Below are positions 1-10,847 of a stretch of DNA of 64,000 nucleotides, in pieces. This stretch comes from Lingula anatina (lineage: Eukaryota > Animalia > Brachiopoda): contig CM120646.1 in NCBI GenBank assembly GCA_051362555.1, positions 1,488,001 to 1,552,000 of the forward strand, read 5' to 3'. A program made the position numbers and the translations under genes. How positions within the stretch are numbered: the stretch's first letter is position 1; each line of letters opens with the position of its first letter. The notes beneath the pieces were generated by a model that was not told the origin of the DNA, searched no databases, and was given only the letters and a program-made list of their open reading frames with translations.

Positions 1-1297
1 TTCGCGATATTTAAGTTAAAAGCGGGCGATCCCTCTTAAACCTTGCTTTTAAGATTAAAGACGAATCTCTTTTAAATGCAGCTTTTGTACATCATATAGC
101 CTTAACTGTATCAGAGAAATGGTTTTCCGGAAAATAGTGAAATAAATTATAATACATGTATGTAGGCCATGCTATAATGAAATATCTTATTTAAGTATTT
201 TAGTCCCCTAGCCCAAGATGTGTTGATGAGGTACCTTTTCACATAGCAAAGCAAAAGAAGTGGACTTGGAAATTTGAACTTTATGTTGACATTGTTCTTA
301 ATCGCATCAAATAACCTATATTTATCTAATTGTCTGGAATTATAAAATAATATTTGGTGATATATATCTCATTTAGACGTAAATCATCTGTTAGCTTTTG
401 CAAGTCAAATAAATGCATTGGATGTTAGTCCGTTCCTGTATTCCTTTTTATAGACACTCGTGCTAAAATGATGGCAATATGAGATATAGACTAATATACT
501 TCAAATAATTACTTTCAAAACTTTCAGTAATAATTGTCACAAAAGCGTTTATAAACATGTCGTAATATAAACCACTTTAGAGTAACGAAAGTGGAATAGT
601 GATAAATAGTAGGTTAGAGTTTTGTATCCTGTATATAACAAATAGGGGCAGAATGTCAGGGTTCGTGCGCACTCACGGCACAATCATATGCTTTGCTGTT
701 TCAACGCAATTTTTTCGCCATATTTGAGAGTACTAGTTGCAATGCCTCGTCTTAAATAGATAATGAGAATAGTTTCCTACTTTCTAACATATTTTGTCAT
801 TTCACTGAAATAAAGCACTGGGTGTTTGCTTAAAGAATAGTCGGTACATGTATCATGTCGCATGTGAAAGTGTCATATATTGTGTTAGAGAAGAGATGAC
901 ACTAGTGCGGTAGTTGTGACAGTGAGACAGATAATACATCGTTCTTATCGCAATTATACTGAAACAAAATATAAACGCACGAAGATAACAGTGATTTATC
1001 ATTATGAAATTATCTACAATTTTGAACAATAATAGCAGTGTATTATCTTAAACAACTAAGCATTAATTTGTGGGCATAACAGTCAATTAAAAATCAATAA
1101 CCAACGTGTAATTGCATCAAGAGCACGTAGGTGGGTCTTATTGCGACTTCACAGAGGTTAGTGGCGAGTGTGCTCGCCATTGGTCTTACGTTAAGTGGTA
1201 CACAGATGGCACACGGACGTATTTGAGCATGTGGTTAATCATGTGCTGGGGTATGCTGTGCCCTTCATTCTGGAGTACCATACGAAGTTGGTAGATG

Positions 1298-1372
1298 ATA
1301 ATAATAATAATAATAATAATAGATTTCTTAAAACCGCGCTACACGTGCGTCTCAGCTCTGTTTACATTTACA
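1298..1372 (-). mobile_element. 3' tail fragment of an L2-type LINE or partner SINE
   Basis: Minus strand reads ...tgtaaacagagctgag...gcgcggttttaagaaatct(att)n, resembling the L2/SINE 3' end followed by an (ATT)n tail. Recognised by eye only. Confidence 0.4.
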
Positions 1373-3829
1373 TACTGTATAAAAACTAAAACAGCTGTGA
1401 TAAATCATGGATAAAATTCGTTCTCATGTCCAAGGATAAATTAAAATCTAACATTAAAGTACATGTAATAGATGTTTCCTTAAACTTGACTTTTTGCCTG
1501 ATACGGTGATCCAGAACATCCCAAATGGGTTCAATTGGTCAAAGTCGGGCCAATACTGAACCAAATTGAGCAAGTTTTGATCGATGTCTGGTATGTTATT
1601 CCAGATTAAACTAAAAAAAAATCCTATTCCGTGTGATGTCTTGCTGCTTGAGAGCCGTGGTAGCAGCCAGATGAGCTCAGATGCACAGAACTTTACCAGT
1701 CAGTCCATCGTAAGACAATATACCTTGAAGCTGGGCCGATTCTTCTTATCACCCCATCAATTCCCACTCTCCACAAGCACCGGCCGCCATTAAATTAAAA
1801 ACGACACGGCACGCGACTTACTTCGGAATGAACGTAGATCAGATTTGATGATTGTTGTTAGTCCAACTTTATCAGACACCGTCTACTCAAGGGGCGTATC
1901 AAAATCTTTGGCCACTTTTCAGACTAACTCGTAAATAGATCGTAAATTGAAAACATTTGTCCTTATATCTCATCTTCCAAGAAACCGTCAACAAGTTGTT
2001 TACTGGACTTATTTTGGGCCTAAACAAACAACTTACACTTCTGCAACTTACACTATCATTACTATGATCGGTCAGTGATAAATGGTCCTGGAGTCATGGT
2101 TAGTTGTTTGGTCAGTTATTATAACTTTATCCATACGGCACATCTGACTTCCGTGTTTTCGTGGGGGTGGGTGCAGCGGCCTCTTTAACGTGTCACTATA
2201 AGTAGATATCTGAACCCCTCCCATCTGCATCGATTTCTCATCCTGGCAACAACTAAGAAGGGATAGATTCACCGAGAGAGGGGGTGGGTGCATTATGGGG
2301 GGGGGGGGTGCTCTCCTTACGTGTGGACATGTGAACAAGATGACACTGTGTAAATCATTTACTTTTAATATTTTACCAAGGAAATGTTCTGTGGTCAGTA
2401 TCAAGGACTCGTCACGAACGCTGTAAACTAAAATGTCATTTGTCATCGACTAATCTGACAAAAGCCGATTTTTTGTAACATGTGCGCGTACTCTCAGGAT
2501 GGTCTAGAAAACGAATAACCATCCAGAAATGTCTAAAAAATGGCGGATGAATAAAAAAAATCACTATATTTCTGTTTTCGATTGAGCAGATAAAACCATG
2601 CTCGGTGTTTAATTTTCACATTGATAATTGCACAAAACAGTGATGTCCAATATTATGATAGTGAATATCATATCAATAGAGGAAACAACGGGGTTTATGA
2701 CAATACCACCGAATTGGAATGTTTCATAAGTTTTATACCCCAGAAAAATGTCATATGAAAGGATAAAACATCATGAAAAAATATATTAGGGGAAAACCAT
2801 GGCATTTTATGAAAATAAAAGTCATGGGCGCGAAATTCGTAACAAAGAAGGTGTCTTTAGACTAATAAATTATATATATTTCGATAGAGTGGTATGCAAG
2901 GGTGCACATTACATCCCTTCATCTTCTATATTACCTGGTGTCATATTTCAGTCTAACTGCGTCGACTTTCTCACTCTGTGATTATTTTGACAACCACAAT
3001 TAACGGTTTGTCGAAGACCACCCTAACTAGCAAGGCACAGTGTATAGAATTTCTTCCATCCTTTTCTTAAATATTCCGGTAAGAATTTTCAAATTCTGTC
3101 ATAAATTTTTAGTTGATTTTTCATTTTTATTTATCACCCTTCTCAATAAAAACAGACGCTGAAAATCCAATGTACGCGGTCATGTTTTCGTCGGCGTTAG
3201 TTTGTTAGTGGTTCAGATATTGAAAAAAAAAAAAGCACTACAAATGCCGATGAAATATTTATGATAGAAAATTATTCTAAAGAGGGAAAGTATGTCACAA
3301 TTTCAACTGAATCCAGCTGTCGTTATTTGTTAAAAACGCTTTGCTTTCTGCCTTGGCGAAGGTCTGGTCACGTCATAGCGTCAATTTTATCATAAATTAT
3401 GGATTATAATCATGTCTTAATTTTTATTTATGACTGATTAAAGAACACACAGTGTGATGACTACATAGTCAGTCACTCCACTGAGATAAAGAGATAAAGT
3501 CAGCGTTGAAACATTTGATATAATGACCAAAGGCTAGTCCATGCCTGATAACGGCACCTTCTTCATTGCGATAAGGAATTTCGCTTTATTTTTAGAAGCA
3601 GTGCTGTTATGGCCCGGAAGCAAAACCCTCGGCGACATCGCTACCGCCCTGTTTAATAAAGGACCGGTCAGTCTTAGTCACGAATTGTCTGTGACCCCTT
3701 GATTCCCTTCATAAAGGTATCGTTTGACAAACAAGTCTTTATCAAGATTAAGTCACATCACGGGGGTCAGTTAACTATTCTTAGATTACCCACGTCACGA
3801 GTAAAGGGCTATTTCCTCGACCGCTGCTG

Positions 3830-3866
3830 TATATAAATCACTGGTGGATGGATAACCACTCATTTC
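3830..3866 (+). promoter_or_regulatory. Core promoter of the Kunitz/TIL gene (TATA + Inr)
   Basis: TATATAAA at 3830-3837 and Inr-like TCATTT with its A at 3862 (32 nt downstream), 110 nt before the ATG at 3972. Confidence 0.6.
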
Positions 3867-3971
3867 AGCTCTTATCGTCATCAAGCGATATCATCTGTTG
3901 TGTTATTTGTCAATAATAGGTACTTTTTAATTTTTTCTGGTTGTACCGTGAAATCTACAGAAAGCAACAAG

Positions 3972-6900
3972 ATGATGTGGGTCTCCAGCAAAGTTATATT
4001 TGTGCTGTCGGCATTTCTGTTTCAAAACACGTTAGCGGTGGTAAGTACCTAATAATTTTGACAATAAAGCGCCACATTGATAAGTTTCGATTAAATTTTT
4101 CATATAGATTGAGGGATGTGAATTGTGAATATTTAGATGTAAAATCTGAAGCAATGAAACAGTTTAAATATTGGACGTTTGGTATCATATGCCTAGGTTA
4201 AAGGGGAAAGTCAATATCAATATTTTCAGCAGCTAGTACTATATGTAATTTGTAACAATTCCTAGATTACATCTAAAAACCTACTGTATGACAACGCAGA
4301 AGATATTATCAAATGACGGCCTTAATTTATCACTTTTTATTGTTTTTCTTTTCATCATAGACGCAAGGCAGAACGTGCGCGGTAAGTCAATTTGATTTGA
4401 TTTTAAAAACAAATTCAATTTAATAAGCGGGCGTAAACATTGAAATTGTCTTTTCTAAAACATACCTTTAGATTCCAAATTACGTTTGAATTGGTGATTC
4501 CTCTGAGGCGGTCATCTTCTTCAACCAATTGAAAGTGTTATGTGTTGATGTGATCATATCACGAATACATGATATGATCACATGATATGATGTGATCATA
4601 TCATGTATTCGTGATAGGACACACTTCTTTACATACTTCTCTCTTCTGCAACATATTCGTCTGCATCAATATGACCGGTAGATCGACTCGTTATCTAAAA
4701 ATAATAATTTACAAAAATAAACTAAGAGAGAAAATGTTTAGATTTTAGTTATTTATTTAAGTTTTTCAGCGCCTAATCTTTCGGTATATACATGTATATT
4801 CAATAAAACATGCCCGAGTCCCAAATAAGGCTGCCTCTGAAACAAAAAATTGCATGACTGGTAGACTTGTTAACTAAAACAAAACTTTACAAGATGACAC
4901 TCGAAGGGGAAATGTTTTATTTATTCCTAAACTGTTGCGGCGCCAAAACTTTAAAATGTGTGAAATAAAACATGCCCGAGACCCAAATTAAGGTGTCTGT
5001 GAGACACACAAAATTGCTATACGACAACATTGTTATAGGTATAATGCCCATAGTACTTCCTACAGGTCATCTGATTATTAGTTAATTGTACCCAGCATGC
5101 AAGGGGTGATGTCGGGCACTGCACCATCGCATATTTGTAGAACATTCCAAAGAGGCTATGATCGTCACGACCGATTTTCTGCACGTCACGGCCGATTTTC
5201 TGCACGACACTAATTCAGTGTTTGCAAGGGAGAAAATAATCTCCATTTCAGCGGGGAAATAAATGTGTTTAAATCATTTAGAAGTGGAATCAATATTTTT
5301 GAAATTATTTACGAGAAAAAAAAAAAATTTCATCAGCATTTGATGTAAACATTGACAGTTACGTGATTTATAATAGTTACATATCCAAAAAAGGAATATT
5401 TTTTCGATGATTCGATTATTTCAGTTCATAAATATTGCATTTTTCTACCAGGATATCACTTGTCCGGATGGCTCAGTATGTCGCCAGGATACCATAGCGT
5501 GTGTCACTGACCCCTGCCCACAGCCTGAACCTGAGTGTGTCGGTGAGTTTTTTTTTATGTCTTAAATACCTGATGTGACATTTACTGTGTTATCAATAAT
5601 GAAAAAAATGCAGAGATGCGGATCAACATGGGGCAATTATATAATACGCTTACGTTTCTCGTCGCCATTCATTGTGAATTTTTCGGTAAATGGGATTTTG
5701 GCGGGGAAACACAATGAAATAGAATAGCCTGGTACATAAGGCCCCAAAAAGGCTGTTGAACAAACCCCACCTTGCTAATACAAAAAATAATCCAAATCTT
5801 ATGGAAATATTTTGAAGTCACCCTCTCTGGATGACCCTGCTGGTTCCGTACGCGTGACAGTAAAATAGACTGAAAATTAAAATCAATAATATTTCATTTT
5901 TCAGTCCAAGTTGCAGGCAAGCCAGAAGTAAGCATTCAAGAAACACCGAAAGGTAGATATATTTATAACATATTTGACGTTTATCATATGACGGTATATC
6001 TTAGGCCTGCGATAAATGCACTTGTATTTTATGGAAGCTCCGTTTTTTTTATTATTTTGAGACAACCTCGGCATTTGCATTTTCATTAATATGCCACATA
6101 TCAGTTGATATGCACATAAACCTTAGATAGAGTAGCTGTTTATTTCCCCGTTGGTTCTCAAAGGTGACTACAAACCATGTACGATAGTATTTTATGCACT
6201 TCAGATAGAGTGAGTTAGAGCGAGTCCATTGTGATTTTATACTGTTTACTCACTGGCAGACAATTCACGCTATTTTAGATGTGTGCAGTGAGCCGAAGGT
6301 GGTCGGCGTGTGCAGGATGTCTATCCCAAGGTTTTATTTCAATGCTGAAGCTAATGCCTGTGAGTCGTTTAAATATGGCGGCTGTGGCGAGAACGGAAAC
6401 AACTTCCTGACGCTTCAAGATTGCCAGAACGCTTGTCCGGGTTCCCCTGCGGTGGCTGTCCAACAGATCCAGGAAAGAGAGGCTACTTCTTGCAAGGTGA
6501 CTGTCAATGTTTTTTTAGTCCTGATGAATCCTTCTCTATATTTAGAATATACAAGACACGTTTTATCATTGGTCATGTCACATATATGACTTTCACGTTC
6601 TTTTAAAACCTGAAAAAAAAACGTACCTACCTCAAGTAAGATACACCATTTTGGAATTAGCACATGGAGCTCAGTTTTGATCTCTTCAATCCATTTACTA
6701 TTTATTTCATTAAAAAAACAATATTGTCATTAGAAAACGGTGATTATTTCAAGTACCCTTTTATATATTAGGAGATGGAATGCCCGGCCGGTACCCAATG
6801 CCAACAGGAGACAATGGTTTGCATCACCAGTCCTTGTCCTCAGCCCAAACCACAATGTGTTGGTAGGTTCTAAAATTAAATTTGTCTCAAACTATTTTAT

Positions 6901-9012
6901 ACAGAGTTACTGCTCCAAAACAAAATCTGATGGTTAACGTTTTATACTTGCGCCAAGAAAATCTAAATATTGTGGAGAATTTACCAGTACAAAAGAACTA
7001 TGCTTGTATGCCTGTTCTGTTTCGTTCTGTTTGGCTTGGCAATTGTAACCATATCCAAAGTTATAAACAACAGCCATTGACAGAGGGAAAGAGACGGAGA
7101 GAAAACGATGTAAAACTATCCAACAGTAAATAGTGATTTTTACATTTTACATTTTTTACAGCTGTGCCAGCAAACGGAGGCGAAGCAGGCACCCCCGGGT
7201 CTGCACAGGGTATGTTAGATAATTTTTACAACCAACAGCTTTTATAAATTACACGTCAAGATTTATCTTTTTTTTGAAAGCGTAATGGTATTTGCATTTC
7301 ACTTACATTCAAAATTGATATCGAAATATAATATTGTAAGCGATCTTGAAATTTTATTTTTTTTAATTACACATTATTATACTAGAAATTATTCTACTAG
7401 AAAATATATCGTGGAAAGGGTCAGTGTAGAGAGATGAGAAGTTATTATCAAGAATATTGCAACTTTCAAAATAAGATTTTTATTCCGTTTGAGAAAGCTT
7501 TGCTCAAAACGGTTGAAAAGATAGCCAAGTGCTAAAGGCCGTTGAAGTTGCTCTTTGAAGAAAAAAATAATTGTTGTTAAATTGGATTTCAAACCGGCTG
7601 AGTTAGTTTTTTTTTTTGTCTCATTACCTACAGGTATCATAACCTCATGTTCAAACAAAATTTACCTCGGCTATCGTATACATGTGCAATACCTTGAATT
7701 AAAACTGATTTTTAAAATATATTTTCAGACGTTTGTCGAGAGCCGAAAGTAGTGGGTCATTGTAAAGGTTCACATACAAGATATTTTTTCAACTCGGAGT
7801 CAAACTCGTGTGAGGAATTCACCTACGGTGGTTGCGGAGGAAACGGAAACAATTTTGGATCACTTCAGCAGTGCCAAAGCGCATGCCCAGGGTCATCTGA
7901 AGAGGTCACTCAGCAGAGCCAGGAGGTGAATCGTAAGTATATATTTTATCTCTTCTCACTTTCACGGTGTAACCTTTCACTGTGAAGAGACAATTCGTAG
8001 GAAGGGGAATTATGGGGTTCTTTTTATTTATATTTGTTCTAATATGTCACAGATTTCATTTGACCAACTATTACCTCATTGGTACTTTTTCTGACTGCCG
8101 GGGATCCATTAAGACAAGCACTTTATCTTGCTTGGTTCTGGGCCCTGGCAGCTTGCCCGCACAAAGTTTATACTACGTGTATTAGGTCAAATTTCATGGA
8201 CCTACAATTGATTCCTATTTTGTAGTTCACTCAGTCAATCTCTCATTTATTTCAATCTTTCAGCACTTTGTCCAGTTCCCAGACAAGTTTTCAGAGTATG
8301 TGGCTCCCCGTGCCCGCCCACGTGCTCCAACCCTAACCCAGTGTGTATGATGGCGTGTGCCACAGGGTGTGAATGCCCGCGCAGCGCCCCAGTGCTTCAC
8401 GAGGGGAGGTGTATCGCCGCAGAGGAGTGTCCACAAACAGGTAAAATACGCAGAAATGAGGTTTCAATGGCCCAATGAAGAGCCCACCCCGTGTTTCAGA
8501 TTTCGGTAGAGATTGCATTGCCTATTAGCGCCACCAGATAGATTTGAAACGAAAGTTAAATTAACTGTTATTATATAGGCCAATATGCATTTTAGAAGTC
8601 ATGAAACGACCCAGCTGCTTTCATATTTAGTGTGTACAGAGACCTATACATTATATATTTTGTTTGTATTAAATGGATCTAAATGGGAAGAATGTATTCA
8701 AATAAAGCAGATATAGAACAAAGAAAAATGAAAATTAAATGTATTGATCAGTTTTACAGTTTAAAATTCAATTCTGTTAAAATTAGCAAAACGCTGCCAA
8801 CCATCACTTGTATTCAGAAAAGATCTGTGCTACCCTGAAGACAGTATGTCAAACATGGTGTAATATATGTGAAATAGACCGGCCATTGTCACTTAGTTCA
8901 GAATTCCTTTTTTTTCATTGCAGGTGCGAAACCATCAATCCTTACCTCTTTATTCCGCTGCTTCAACCGTCAGTTCTACACCGATCCTGTGACTGGTAGA
9001 ATAACATGCTAG
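3972..9012 (+). CDS. Secreted multidomain serine-protease inhibitor: signal peptide, 2x(6-Cys module + linker + Kunitz/BPTI), TIL domain; 351 aa
   Basis: Ten GT-AG exons with consistent phases: 3972-4040 (MMWVSSKVIFVLSAFLFQNTLAV), 4361-4381, 5452-5542 (DITCPDGSVCRQDTIACVTDPCPQPEPECV), 5905-5952, 6279-6496 (Kunitz CSEPKVVGVCRMSIPRFYF...YGGCGENGNNF...C...C), 6772-6862 (EMECPAGTQCQQETMVCITSPCPQPKPQCV), 7162-7209, 7729-7932 (Kunitz CREPKVVGHCKGSHTRYFF...YGGCGGNGNNF), 8264-8440 (10-Cys TIL, CGSPCPPTCSNPNPVCMMACATGCECP...C...C), 8924-9012 (TAG). Total 1056 nt with no internal stop. Confidence 0.9.
4548..4616. repeat. Perfect nested inverted repeat (27-bp arms, 6-nt loop)
   Basis: 4557-4583 is the exact reverse complement of 4590-4616; 4548-4561 also pairs with 4570-4583. 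Confidence 0.9.
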
Positions 9013-9539
9013 TACGTTATATCACTCCATATCTCAACATACTGTTTATTGAGCTACATCCCAAAGCACAGCCATCTATATCTCCCATATTAAAAGTTCT
9101 GACTTTTTAATTTATTGCAGTGTATATTTTGTCTTTGTTGTGTAACTGGTATGTGAGAGCAGATGTAACTTTACCAGTAGGACCTGCATGTGCTGAGGCG
9201 CGTATTTGTATAGTATATTTTCTTGTAGTTTCGTATATGTACATACAAAGAAAGTATATTTTTCTGTTGCGTGTCCATTGAATGTATAGTTACCAATGTT
9301 GTACAGTAACAAATGTATTAGTATTTAAGCTCAGTTAAATATCATCGCGTGATAATGACTTCAAAAGTGAGCGTTCTTTAGCTTATATAATTAGATGTAT
9401 ACAGAATGATGTCACGTACATGTATTTATTGCAAATCACAATCAAATTATAGACAAATGAATTGATAGAAGAAGAAATGTACGCATTTATTGTTCATCAT
9501 TGTTTTGTTTTCTTGTAAATCACTTTTATCTTATCAGAA

Positions 9540-9545
9540 AATAAA
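9540..9545 (+). terminator. Probable polyadenylation signal of the Kunitz/TIL gene
   Basis: AATAAA 528 nt after the stop, followed by a GT/T-rich tract (tgtgctgtttttgttg). Confidence 0.55.
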
Positions 9546-9959
9546 TATTGTCCAAATGATGTGCTGTTTTTGTTGCAATATCCGCATAAGTGATTGTTTG
9601 TTGTATATTAAATAGAAACAATGATATATATCTATAGACCACATCACGTATCAAATTTTGAAATTCTTGCACAGGCCCCGAAAGCCTATATATAGTACCT
9701 CACCTTGTCGGAGTTGTTGCTGAATCAAAGTTTGCGATCTTTGTGACCAAAACCTTGATGTATGCACACGTTTACAGAAAATCATAACTGTTTGTTGGTT
9801 TATGTAATTCGACTGTAGTTTATTTAAAAGTCCATGATTCAAGGCACATAGCGGAAAGCGCTCGCGCGTGTTGTTGGTACATTTTGAGCCCATTATATGA
9901 CACGCTTGACTTATTCGCTCTGCATTGACATATATCTCGAATTGCACCATAGATATAAA

Positions 9960-9965
9960 TTTATT
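9960..9965 (-). terminator. Probable polyadenylation signal of SLC6 copy A
   Basis: AATAAA on the minus strand at the position homologous to AATAAA 50311-50316 of copy B; arm homology fades just beyond it. Confidence 0.55.
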
Positions 9966-10847
9966 CAATTATAGATATACATTTAAGAACCTTCAGATAT
10001 GACATGCGTTTGCTGCAACTGCTGTTGGTGATCAGCACACTTCAAACGGTCTATTTACAGCTTTAAATAAACACTTTGAAACAGATGTATGTAAGCGTTT
10101 ACTGCGCATTTATAAAGACACGATTAATTTTTTTAATGTAACAAAGGATTTCAGTACAAAGGAACATCAAACAGTTTAAAGATTAAAATAGAATTACAGT
10201 TTTGTGTGCTGTGTGTATACAGGTCGCAACAAATACTTCCAATTGTTTTACAAAAATATATTGAACAAAATTTTTAAAATTCATGTCTCACTGGAAGGAT
10301 GCCTAACATGAAATATAAAATGTTTCACATAAACTAATATATAAAATCCTATCTTGTGTATGGAATGTTTAAAAGACACAGAAACACTTGGACATGTTTA
10401 AAATTATTACGTGCACGTATTAGAATGAGTGAGTAATATTAGTTCCCCCCTTCAACTTGCTCTCATAATTAAAGCTGGAACACTTCAAACCAGTTTGGAT
10501 CTTTTTGTTCACAGAAATTATTTTGATGTCATTTCTATACAAAATTACGTTACACTGTGCAAGTGTAATCCTATCATCATAAAAAATGACGCCGTATTCT
10601 GGTAAACCATATGATAAATATATTCCGTGGTTTCTGCATTCATAGTGATATGGCGTAACGTAACGAATACCAGGAATGCTTTTGAGTTACCATGCAGAGA
10701 TATTTAACGTCATAAAAGCGAAGACCTTTGTTAATCTTAAAAACATTGACACTGGCAGTGCACGTTTAGTTTCCGCTTCAGGAGATTTCGCCACTGCATC
10801 CGAGTGCTGGTATATAATACAGCATCAACAACATTTCGCAGACGACA

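Noticed and set aside
1700-1830. Possible first exon of a minus-strand gene (ATGGCGGCC at 1790, donor-like sites at ~1725 and ~1821)
   Set aside because: The frame stops after 13 codons (MAAGACGEWELMG*) and no downstream exons were identified.
3920-3960. Possible 41-nt 5' UTR intron (gtactt...ctacag)
   Set aside because: Very short with a weak donor; cannot be supported without transcripts.
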